NCBI GenBank assembly: GCA_008632985.1
Contig: QPGO01000289.1
Span: 1 to 64,000, forward strand
Source: Psammoneis japonica
Lineage: Eukaryota
Reading direction: 5' to 3'
DNA: 64,000 nucleotides
Shown: in pieces, positions 48,120 to 60,000 of the stretch
Layout: each line of letters begins with the position of its first letter
How positions within the stretch are numbered: the first letter of the stretch is position 1
Notes under the pieces: generated by a model
Database searches by the model: none
Told to the model about the DNA's origin: nothing
Seen by the model: only the letters and a program-made list of their open reading frames with translations
Translations under genes and position numbers: made by a program

Positions 48120-51100
48120 TCAATTTTGCAACACGGTGAAGTGTGCACGTAAATTCATGCCAGGTTCTACTGCAGTCCCCCATTTGATCAACTGAAAGCG
48201 TTTGGCAGGCCCCCTGTCTAGTCTCCAGTCTGCCTCTCTCTGGAGCAGATTTGAAGTCATGCTTGTTGGAAGAGCGATCGGTTTTTGCAGTCTTCTTCCA
48301 ACACTCAGCCAGCCCTTCAGATTCGGAGAAAAAAGCAACCGTTCTAGTCCATGAACGTTGCCAACCACATTGTGCGCCGTCTCCATTGCTGAGTTGAAAA
48401 TGTGATTGTGCACACTCTCCAAGCTGAAAGACTGCGGTTGACAAGCGCCTGGTCCTTTCCACAGCTCTCTCGACTTGACTGGCTGCAGAGTGTCAATGGA
48501 AGACTCGATTCCGGCATCCCTGCTGAAAAGAGGGACACCCAGTCCTGACAAACCATTTGCCCAGGCTGCAACAGCCAGTCTTTTGACTTCACTGTTGAGG
48601 ATCCTGACATCGAAAGCAGCGTCATGAGCAAGAATGCAAATCTTCCTCCCTTTTCGCACCCTGTTACAAAACGAACAAAAGTCCCGGCAAACTGCATCAA
48701 ACAACAAAGCTCCATCCAAGACTTCGCCACTGGCCAGGTCCGCTCCCCCCTCCCTGAGGAACTTGTCTGCAATTCCTGCAAGATTCTCAATGACAGGGTC
48801 AAGTTGCACCGGAGGACAGCAACATGCAGAAAACTGATCCTCGGCATTTGAAGATCCAAGGACCTTGGTGGCAATCTGAATTGCATGGTCATCTGCAGAC
48901 AAGCCTGCAGTTTCCGCATCCAGCACAAGGAACAGACTGTCATCGCTGCCAGAACCTGGGGCAACATCCTGAGAGCATTTGTCGACATTTGACATTGACT
49001 TGACCTTGGCTTTCTTGCGTGTTGTCTGGTTGGGTGCTGCTGAAGCCAAAGATGGCGGTTCACAAGCCTTGACATCCGATGTTGAAATGTCGCCAACAAC
49101 ATTGTCAGACGCTGAAACGAAACGACTTCCGTTGGCTTCGAAGACCATGACGGTGTCTGACACCCAAGGCTTGATTTCCAGCTTTCGTGATTCGATTTCT
49201 GGAGCGGAGGATTGAACAGGCTTTAGCCCCGAAATGTCTGGAGATCTGAGACTTTTTGACAAAGACTGAAACAAAACTTCGACTTGGTCATCACAGTCCC
49301 CATGATTGGCCTGCAAAAACGAGACATCGCGCAACGTCCTTGCTGCGGACGCAGCGTTGTTCTCTTCTGATTCTGCACTCCAGTTGCCAAATGGAGCCAG
49401 ACCCATGCAGAGACGCAGTCCATTGGCACTGCACGCAGAAGCTTTTCACATTGGTTGAATGTTTTCCACTGCGACCAGCTCGCACATTGATGTGCTTGGT
49501 GAGCTCGGTGCAGGCATCATTGCTGGCATCTTGCATGCTTTGTTCTTGACAAAGGATCAACCAAGCAAGGCAGCTGGGAACACCAACTCGAAATGATGAG
49601 AAAGGTTGACCACCAAGCCATTGGTCAAACCAGCCGGCCGCAACCCAACCATCTGGCCTGGACCACACAACTCAAAGTCTGCCATTGCTGCTGGAACGCC
49701 ATTGTCTGTTTCGCAAAGCACATTCAAACGTTTCATTGAATGTGATGTGGGTGCTCTTGTCAGGAGAGTGCAGCAACAACTTGAGTTTCTTGTCTTGTCA
49801 CTCTTGTCAATGCCACCGCGCTTCTTCACAGACTGACCAATGCGACCACGAAGCTGGTGCAACTGGCTTGGGCCAAACCCATCTGCATCTTCGACCCCCA
49901 AAATTGCAGCGGAAGGGATGTCAGCTCCAACTTCTAGAATGGTGGCACCCACTGGGACATCAACATTCAATTCAGGATCTGCAAATGCGCGCAGCTGAGC
50001 TTCTCGATCAGAAACTGCCATGTGCCCATGAACCATTCCAACACAGTTGGGCCCGAGGGCTTTGGCAAGATGACTGCAGCAGTCCACAATGCCAGCCACA
50101 GTGTTGTTTTCAGTCTCAAGTCCAATTTCTCCCAGATTGCCATCATTGTTGTCAAAGCATTGACCCTCTCCTGTTCTTGGAAGAATCCAAAATACTTTTG
50201 CTCCCACAGAAACGTGTTTCATGACACCATCTGCGACTTTTTTGAGCTTCTGCCCGTTGACAATGTGTGTCTGCACGGGTTTGATTCCTTGGGGCTTCAA
50301 ACAAAGAAGAGAAACATCCACGGATCCTGTTTGCACAGCAAAAGGCACCACGTTGTTGCAGCCTCCGAGTGCAAGCATTCTTGGCATGGGGGTTGCTGTC
50401 ATGCAGAGGGTGTGAGCCACACAGCATGACAGCACTTCCCACTGTGCCACGCCAAACCGTTGTTCTTTGTCAACAACAGCCAGAGACAAGCCAGTGTTGT
50501 CGTCTCTTGGTCGAGTGGTTGGTGACAAGCTGGCAAGCCCATCTGCAACATCCTCTGTGAGAAGTGCATGAGTTCCAACCAAGAAGAAAGCCTTGTCTTT
50601 AGAGCATGCCTGTGCCAGTCCCAACAGCCTCTCTCGCTCTGCGCCCGTCACACTCCCAGTGAGTGATTCAACGTGAAGCTTTCACAGAGGATGAGCCGAG
50701 GATGCCAGAAAATGTCTGTTTGGTGCAGATGCAAAATCAGCAAGAGACCTGGCATGCTGGTCAATCAAAATGGTGGTGGGCGCAAGAATGGCAGCGACCC
50801 TTCCTCCTGTTTCAAGACAGCCCAAAGCCAAAAGATGTGCAACCACAGTTTTCCCTGAAGAAACGTCTCCCTGCAACAGTTGTTGTCATCTGATGCCGCA
50901 TCTCTCCATGCCTCATCCAAGCACCTCTTCTGAGCATCAGTGAGTTTGAAGGGAAGCAATGAGATGGCAGCTGTGACCAAAGGGCTTTTTGTCCATGATG
51001 AAGACAAGAGCGCACTCTTCTCGTCCTCCATTTGTTTCATGCTGCTTCAAAAGGGAGCTTTGTGTCGCCATCAAGTGAGGGCTGAGTGGGCTTGTTGCGT

Positions 51101-52140
51101 GCACAATTCTTCAAACACCAAACACATTCTTGGCAGACCAGCCGGCCCTCCCTTGTGGTCAGCAACTTGTTGCGGACAGCGCGCCAATCAAAGCGCATCA
51201 GCAAGTGAACAGGGCCAACCCATGGCCTGCAACGTGGTGGACGACAAAACTTCAGGAACGCAATCGGAAACTTCTTTTCCCAATTCCAAGGCCTTGTCCA
51301 TGGTGTTTTTCATTTGAGATTGTGTCAATTGGTCTGTCAAACAACATTTTGGCTCAATCTGCAACGCCTCTTTCATTTCATCAAGCAGCTTGACCCAGTC
51401 TGGTTGAACAATTTCAAAACCATGTTTGGTCTCTTTGAGAACGCCAGACACAAGGCGTCTGCTTCCGGGACTTCCAAACAATCGTTGGCAACCCGCTGCC
51501 ACCCCATTCGATTTCCCGCAAAAATGTGCAATTGTCAGAGGCCCTTGGCTTTTGTTGTGATGTTGCACTTTGAAAATGCCAAGTTTGTTTGACACGTCAC
51601 CACTGCAACACATGGTTTCAACAGCAACTTGCAAAGCAACTGCTTGACCAGGTGTGGCATCCAATGCAACATTTCGAAAAAGCTTGGTGCGATCAACAAA
51701 TGACGTTGGAAAATGCCAAAGCAGAGACCGGATTGTGTGCAAATTCAAACGAGCAAATGCCTCGGCTGTCTTGGGGCCAACACCGCGCAAGGTTAAAATG
51801 GGCTTCTCCAATTTGTGTGGTTTGGAGACAAACTGTTCTGCAAGGTCAACACTGGCAGCAGCGTTGTGTTGCGGCATCTCAAGAGATTTTCGACGTCTTG
51901 CAGCGGTCTCTGCAGGTTTTGTTTTTTTGCTGTTTCTGTGGCTTGCAGGGCGTGTGTGTTTTCCTCTTGCAGGAGTGTGATCATGAAGAGCCGTCTGACT
52001 TTCTTTCTGTTCTTTCTCTTTCAAGTTCCTGCCAAGTCAACAAGACAATGCAGGCAGTGAGATGAAATGCTCCGCAAATGCCAATGAAGATTTCTGAAAC
52101 GAGCATGCGAGTGCCAGCACATGCCTCACTGTGGCCATGA
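48120..52140 (-). pseudogene. recG: RecG helicase with an in-frame C-terminal DEDDh 3'-5' exonuclease domain, hypermutated
   Basis: LRGVGPKTA, LPFKLTDAQ, LQGDVSSGKT, APTTILIDQH, VGTHAL, VVDKEQRFGV, MTATPMPR, SQLHQLRGRIG and ELCGPG; then LDAETAGL, AHDAAFD, IDTL and AHNVVGNV. Confidence 0.9.
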
Positions 52141-53820
52141 CATGTGGACTGGGATGAGCAATTGCTCCCTTGCCAGCAGAAGCTCTCATGTTCTTTTGTG
52201 CAACACATTCCGTGATTGCTTGTTTCACAAGAGGACATGGAAAGGACTTTGATTTTTGAGTCCATTTTTTGCCAAATTCATCTTGTTCAAAAAAAGATCC
52301 ATCATCACCGGGTGAGGCTGCCACTCCCACATTGTCTTTGCTCAAATGAATCAATGTTGATTGATGTGATTGCAAGCTTTCTCCATCTCAGTTTCATCAT
52401 CATGGTGCTTCAGCATGTGGCCGGATTTGGATCTTTTTGTGATGATGTGATTTTGGTCGATCGAAGGAAATGATGCAATGCCGCGAGGTCCAATGCTTTT
52501 TTCGCGAGGTCCAATGCTTTTTTTGCCAAGTCAAATTAAGTTGATGGCCTGCTTCTCCTGTGTGTTGTGGCACGAGACAATGTGCGTGGCCCATTGTGTT
52601 TGTTGTTGATTGTTCAAGTTTTGTGTTGCGTGAAAACACAAAGCACTTCAACTCATTTTGCTCTTGCCTCCACAATCATCAACAAGGAGATTCAGAAGCA
52701 CAGGAAGGCAAGAGCAAAGCAAGTGGGCAAAATGAAAAATGAAAAAAGGGCAATCCAACATGTGACACACAGCCACAAAAAGAAAAATGCACACCTTGCC
52801 CTGCAACACAACAAAGCTGGCAGCAAGCAGAGCAGCCACTGCAGACACATGTGCTCCAGCTCCATGTGTTGCATCGTGTGATGCTGGCCCAATGCAGAGC
52901 TCTGCCCAAAAGCTTTGAAGTTGTCACTCCTCCAACCAACAGCTGTTTTCATCTTTGCACCTCTTCACAGTCAAAGCATTTGAAAATCCACCTGCCCTGC
53001 ACCACTCTGCAGCCATTTGAAAAGTGGCTTTGTGAAAAAAATGCCAAAGCTGTTGAATGGATCGCCCAACAATTGCACTGCAAAATGGCGCAAAATTCCG
53101 CCAAAGTCACACAGAAATGCGTGTGTGCAACATGCGGCACACACAGCAAAAAACACCAGCATCACAGCTCAGGAGTGCAAGGCCCCAGCTGCAGCTGGCT
53201 GAAACAAATTTGTCAGCAAGAAGGGCCATGATGTGGTCAAAAAGGAGGCACGATGACCAGCTCTTTCATTTTTCAAAGAAGATGTTGTTTGAGTTGATTG
53301 TCGCAATTGTGGGCAAATTGAGAGTGAACAGATTCAGCATCGTCAGACTGCCACGTGCACCAGAACAAAAAAAACACAAAGTTCAAGGAGCCACCGGCCC
53401 TTGCCAGTGTCTTCTTCCACACAGCTGGTGTGCTCTTGCTTGGCGGGCCTGGCAGGTTTGGTCAACTTGTCCCAGCGGGGGCAGACATTTTCAAACATGT
53501 CAGAGCCAGTGTTGGGGCGACGAATCTTCCAAATGCAAGAGGCTGGCCAATCGATCATGAGGGTCATGGTGAAATTGCACATTCTTTGTTGATTGATGCT
53601 CTTGTCAGTTGGGGGGAACTGCCCAGCATGTGTGTGTGAGGATGTCATGTGCAATGGAAAATGGGGATTTGGAAAAATTGGTTGTGCTCTCTGTCCGTCA
53701 CCAGGCATCGGAGGTCAAAATCTGCCGCAATGCTCTGTTCGCACTGGTGCAAAGAACCGTCATTAAAAGAATGGAAAGAGACATGCAAGAGATGACATTC
53801 TGTTGCACCCACTTCAATGT

Positions 53821-55135
53821 TCAAAGCACTGGTTTGAACACAAAGTTGCACTGAACCCCCCAAGCAATCCACAAGTCATCAGTCATTTCAAGATCCTGCC
53901 GCTGGTGGATGCCACTGCTCATCATGCCACATGCCTTCATGCACTTCATGGCTCACTCATTTGCCGACCAATCACTGGCTGCAGCTGCTGAGACAAGAAC
54001 CTCTTTGCTGGTAAATTTTTTGTCACTTTTTCAAGAAAAGGTTGGAGAAGCAGCTGCCCTCCAGCATGCCAAGCAGCTGAAATGCTCCTGCACCCCTTGT
54101 CCAGAGCATTCGTGAAGGGCAAATTGGCTGAAGCACCATGCTCCTGAAAATCTTTCTGTGCTTCTGACACTCCACTTTCTTTAAAGTGTTGAGTGTCAGA
54201 CACTGCACTGGTTCACAAATCCCACCCACCCAGCCAGCCACACAGCTGAAAAAAAAACCCACCCTTCTCTGCACTGTTTCCACAGTCAAGTGAAAAGGTG
54301 AGTCTGTGCAGGTTGGCATCCAATGGCTTGCCCATGAAGTCAACATTTGCACTGTCCCACATTTGCACCCTTTTGTCTGGGTGGTGATCTCTCCACTTGT
54401 CCAAGTGCAACACCATGTCCTCTGCATGTGTGTGAAATCTGGGCCAACTGCACAGCATGGTGACAACTTGCGCAAGCTTGCGATGGAACACATCCCCAAG
54501 TGTTGTTCTGCTCACACCGTGGGCACTCTTTGCATCATCCTGTTGCAGTTGGGATGTTCGCTGCACCATTTCAAAGTGCAGGGGCCACTCTTCAAACCAA
54601 CTCATGAGAGTTGTCTCAGTGTCCATCATCTTTTCAGCACTTCCATTGCACATGGGACTGACTGCCACTTGCAACAGCAGTGGTTGCATGTCTGCAAAAC
54701 CCATTCATTGCATGTCACTGTTGGCTCTCTGTGCTTGCATGCATTCTCATCATCTGGTGTGACCCATGGACTTGCTGATTGACAAGATCTTTGCTTTTGA
54801 CCAGATTGCCTTGGTGATGCTCCCATCATGCCACATGCCACAAGCAATTGCAGCCTTCTTTGAGTGGTGCCGCCCAGACGAATCCACAACAAAGTGGACA
54901 TGATGCCCTTCTGCAACAAGAGCTTTGAGAAAACCACAGAGCTTGTTCTTGGCATCATGCACAGATGTTGAACTCCAAAGCTTGAAACACAACCAAGAAA
55001 AATCCACGCCAACAGCTGGTTTTCCCTGACAGTCAGCAGCGGTGGCTTGCTTCTGGCATGTGCTTTTTTGTGCACTCAACTGCCTGGCAGTTTCTCAGTC
55101 ATGTGCAGAAATTGCAACAAACCATCCTTTCCCAT
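53821..55135 (-). mobile_element. Degraded PIF/Harbinger-like (DDE_Tnp_4-type) transposase preceded by an XPG/FEN1 N-terminal-like segment
   Basis: MGKDGLLQFL, VGVDFSW and HFVVDSSGRHHSK; then FEEW, MWDSAN, KGGFFFQLCGW, VSDTQH, LDKGC, NE*AMK and WGVQCNFVFKP. Confidence 0.75.
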
Positions 55136-55269
55136 TGCTGCCAATCAAAGCATCTGTGCAATTGTGGCGGTGTTGACAACAGACTGCCCCAGTGCTGTGA
55201 GTGATTGAGACAAAGCATGATCTGCTGCTTCCATTCTGACTGCACTCGCGTTGTCATCATCATCAGTGG

Positions 55270-56870
55270 CGTGTCATTCCCACAGTTGGTGTGGCATCTG
55301 GCATGAATTTTTTGTTGTTTGAATCAATGAACTGATGGAAGGACAGGCCAAGTGCAACAATTTTTTCAGAGTGTCCATGTCACCCAGTGGTGCAGTGTGA
55401 AGTGCAGATGGCGCAGTGGGATGAAACGGCGTCATGTGGGTGGGGGGAACAGGTGGGATCTGATGGTTGGATTGGCAAGTTGTGAGATTGAAGTTTGGTG
55501 GAGCGGCAAAGAAGTTGGTCAGCAAGGGATTTGGTGGCCACAAGACTGAGACTTTGAAAGGCCTGTTGGCTTTGGGTGGTGGTGTGGTGTGTGAGACTAA
55601 ACCTGGTCAAGGTGATGGTGTTCCAGGCAGTTGTGGCAGTGGGAAAAAGGCCGGTGGGGAGAGCTGGGCATTGGCGCAGCAGGTGGTGCAAGCAGATGGG
55701 TGGTGAAAGGAGGATTCCAAGTTCCAGAGTGGGAGAGGTGGGGGGGGGGAGTGGATGTTTTTGGGTGTCACCAAAAAGGAGGCGATGAGCGAAGCATCCA
55801 GGTGAGCCAATGTGATCAATGGTGAATGGAACAAGGCAGATGCCAGCAACATTTGAGGGAGTGATGACTGCAGTGCTGCCCTGAGTTTTGTGGGTCCCAT
55901 GGAGTTTCCATTTCGTGCTTGTGTGGTGTGCCTTGGTCACAGGGTCTTGAGTGGGGGCAGGCAAGCCAGGTGCTGGAAGTGGCGGGGGTTTGGGGATGGC
56001 GACATTGACAGCAAGGCAGGAGTGGGTGGTGGGTGCTGCAGTGGAGGAGGCAGGAGTGAACTTGACCCCAATGTTGGCAGGGTGCTTGAGTGGCGAATGT
56101 GGGATGAGGTTGGTGGGTTCATGGCGGACGTCTGAGGAAGGCCATCATGCAGGGAGTTGGACAGCGTGGGGCATTGCAGCTGAGAGAGCAGCAGCAAAAG
56201 GCACAATCTCCCATGCCAGAGCAGAATGGGCAAGGGATGGGGGCAAGCCAATCAGAGGAAATGGCAGGTGTGGCTTGCGTTGTGGCGTGAGTCAGAAGAT
56301 GGCAGGGGACAGACATTGGAGTGTTGTGGAGCCGGTGAAAGAGCGCACAATGGAAGACTTGCCATGGGTGAGAGGATGGATGAGAGTGCAGCTGTGACAT
56401 GTGGCAGGACATGGTGGTGGAGGTGGTTGAGTTGGTCAGCACAATGTGGGTGACACATGGTGTGAGAGAGGGTCTTGAGTGGACAAGATTCAACCAGAGC
56501 AGGGAGTGAGGGGGGTGGGGGGGTTCCCCAGCCCCCAGCAACGGAATGCTTTGTGCAGACTGAGGGATTGTCTCAATGTGACCCAAGTTCAGAGAGAGCA
56601 GGCACAGAAGGGAAGCATGAGTCGGGGTTCATCAGTGGAGGAGGTGAGGCCGTGGGCTGCATGGCAGAGGGAGCAGGCCCGATGGGCGGCGAAGAAGCAG
56701 GGGGCGGGTGGTGCTGGCTGTTGTTGATGGACACCCGACACCACCTGCAGATGCAGGGAGGTGGGAGAGTGGCAATGTGTGTGGTGGAAGAGGGCCTGGG
56801 TGGGCGGTGAGGTGTTGAAGGAAGGTGTGGCAGTGGCGTTGGGTGTCTTGTTGGAAATGTGACGTCCATG
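55270..56870 (-). mobile_element. 5'-truncated non-LTR retrotransposon remnant with a restriction-like endonuclease domain
   Basis: HLPASAGGVG (post-RT LP..GGLG), VRHEPTNLIPHSPLKHPANIG..LAVNVAIP (decayed RPAD..DVT) and LVPFTIDHIG. Confidence 0.65.
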
Positions 56871-57073
56871 CGGTGTGTTGTGTGCGTGCTGCCGGCGTGC
56901 GCAGATGGACACCGAGCACAGATGGACACTGAAAAAGGTCATTTTGGGCGTTTGACCTTCGTGCGAGTCATCCGAGAGCTCGCGCCGAAAACAACACACA
57001 AAACGACGCGAAAAAAAAAAAAAAAGAACGATCTCGGATCGACGACAAAGCCCTTACTGCTACAACAAACAAT

Positions 57074-60000
57074 ATGACTAAAACAGATGGCGATGCTACC
57101 GTAAGAAGGTCTACCAAAGACAAATCACTTGAAATTCAGCTTCGTAATGCCGACCTCGTACAAGCCACCCGTCAACAGCAAGTCATTTTGAGAGATACTA
57201 GGCAAATTCTCGATGACAGAAACAGCACTGCACGTGACTTGAAAAAGGCCAGCAACTGTCTGAAAATTGTTAGTGAAACACTCTCTATTGTTGAAAAAGC
57301 TACTGTTGAATCAAATGCAATAGTTTCAAAAGAATCCAAGATACCGGGCGTTCCATATGCGCATCAAAGGCTCGCGGCTTCGGAGAAAGTCGCCCAGTCA
57401 CGTGCTTTGCGCACCGCCAATCTTGAACCAACGTCTCTGCCAAGTCCCAACAGCAGGGAAGATAAAGAAAACGTCCCACCACCAGCAGCTTCCAGAAAGG
57501 CCAATGAACTCATTGAGCTGGAGCGACTTGCCTTGAGTATCAAGACGCCACCTCCTGGTGATCGCAATCTCTCGAAAAAACGAAAAGGGGACACGAAAAA
57601 TTCAAATGAGTCAACTCAAAAGAATTAGTCAAATGCAACAGCATTTACGTACCCGGAACCAAAAGATCGGCTTGAGTACACCAAACAAGAAGTTTATGAC
57701 ATAACTCAAGGAAGGAAGGCGAAAGAGCGAGCGGGAATTATCAATGATATGATACAGAAGAAACGTGTACCATATGCCAGTGACAAGAGTATATACAAGG
57801 TACTGCGAAAAATTCGAGAAGGGAAACCAATCAAAAAGTCGTGGGGAGCAAGGGGTCGCGTTCCAATCATGACTGAGCATGAACTCGTCGAGGCAACTGC
57901 AAACGTGGTTGAGAGCAAAGGACAAACAGTCGGGTTAGAGGACATCAAGAAAATGTTAAACAGGAAGAAGCAGGATGACATGAACCATCAAGGCCTTGCA
58001 GTAGACAATGAGTCTACAGTTCATCGAACAACGGTTAGTCGATACAGGACTCTTGCCGCGGCGACGAATCCCAAAACGTCCATTACCGACAGTGTCATAC
58101 AGAAGACCGAAGCCCGACGCACAGCTGAGCAATCATTGATTGGAGCCATGTCACTGGCTCTCGTCATCGGACAAACTCACTTTGCTGTCGGACACGACAG
58201 ACATTTTCGAAACGCCATATTCCCAAAGCTTGGAGAGGGTTCAAAGCTCTTTCTTCAACTTGTTGAGCAGGCATGGGGAGTTGAGGTGCACCCTGTTAAA
58301 CCCATGTACATTATGGGATTGGATGACACAACGACGTACGTGTTTGCTGGAACAAAAAACAACAAACGTGAGTGGCGTTTGGTCTCTGCGTCTTCGAACT
58401 GTGATGCCGGCACTCATGCAAAATACAAGAGTGAGGAAGACAAGTCAATGCGAGGTATGCGAGCAAAAGACACGTACTGCTTTTCCGCGTGTGGGCAGAT
58501 GGCACCCATAATGGTTAGCTTCTTGAAACTCACAGATCGAGAGCTTCCCAAAGGTCACTCATCAGATAAATACAACAATGCGGATGGCATATATCTGATT
58601 CGGGTCCGAGGTCTGTGTGCTGGTGGAGACATAAACCTTAATGCGGGATGCGGTTACGTCCTATTCATGCGTAACAATGTTACCGACCGAGAGTCCGAAC
58701 GAATGGTTATCTACCGAAGGCGCATTTTCCAACCATTTCTTGAGGCTCAAAGAGAAATCAACAATGAATGGGCACAGGGACAAGCTGTTCCTGAAACTCT
58801 ACGATCTCTTCTGTGGTTCGACGGCGACGCGGGTCAAATGAAGGCGTACACGAATAATCCTGAAATTGAGAATCTCGATTTGCAACAGAAACTTACCAAG
58901 AACAAAAGTAACCCTTCTCGCACTGGATCTGAAGCGGGTTGTGATCTCAGCAAGGTTTTTCCTACAGTTAAGTCACTGCAACCTTTGCTGACGGTAGAGG
59001 CATTCGACCTAACTGTCCACCCCAACAAGGCGGAAATCTTACGGTGTCTCGAAGAAAGCCCAGTCACTCTCGGGCGCGACAAGGGCGATGCCTTGACAGA
59101 CTACATTGCTTGNNNNNNNNNNNNNNNNNNNNNNNNNNNNNNNNNNNNNNNNNNNNNNNNNNNNNNNNNNNNNNNNNNNNNNNNNNNNNNNNNNNNNNNN
59201 NNNNNNNNNNNNNNNNNNNNNNNNNNNNNNNNNNNNNNNNNNNNNNNNNNNNNNNNNNNNNNNNNNNNNNNNNNNNNNNNNNNNNNNNNNNNNNNNNNNN
59301 NNNNNNNNNNNNNNNNNNNNNNNNNNNNNNNNNNNNNNNNNNNNNNNNNNNNNNNNNNNNNNNNNNNNNNNNNNNNNNNNNNNNNNNNNNNNNNNNNNNN
59401 NNNNNNNNNNNNNNNNNNNNNNNNNNNNNNNNNNNNNNNNNNNNNNNNNNNNNNNNNNNNNNNNNNNNNNNNNNNNNNNNNNNNNNNNNNNNNNNNNNNN
59501 NNNNNNNNNNNNNNNNNNNNNNNNNNNNNNNNNNNNNNNNNNNNNGACACTGCGATGGAGTGTGAGCAACAGATTATGTCACGCGTCCGAGGGCGAAACG
59601 GCGAAGGGCTTGCGAATGCGAGTCTTGACGACTTCAATGCCATGACGGCTCCAAGGCTACAGGCATTTGTCCATGTGCGAAAATGGGAGACGGCAAAAAA
59701 GACCTACTCCTTCAAGTTCCCTAACAAGGGGAAGCTCGAAGATGCGAAGACAGGGGAAGAAAACCTGATAAGAGTCGCTTGGTCGTTGCGTGACTGCGAC
59801 GTGATATACAAAAGACAGGAGGTTCCGCTCGAAAGCGAAGATGCGCCAAGTGCTCCAGTCGAAAACTTACCTGAAGCTACACATGTTTTGAACAATGCGA
59901 AATGGCGTGAACTGGTTGCAAATCATGTTACAGCAGCTGAAGACATAGTCATTGCTGATGACAACATGATACAACGGAGCGACCAACTAGTCGCTTTATT

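Larger units (their letters stand above)
47830..57050. other. TpA-depleted island 4
   Basis: About 20 TpA in ~9 kb; returns sharply to normal composition at ~57055. Confidence 0.9.

Noticed and set aside
2760..57050. Dense overlapping Cys/His/Trp-rich ORFs in all six frames within the islands
   Set aside because: An expected artefact of losing TAA and TAG stops through TpA depletion; not real genes.
2760..57050. Islands as foreign or viral DNA with natural TpA avoidance, or an alternative genetic code
   Set aside because: Invariant motifs are broken, stops and frameshifts are present, and repeat copies show TA/TG/CA polymorphism.
59039..59645. ORFs spanning the N run
   Set aside because: Artefacts of the assembly gap.
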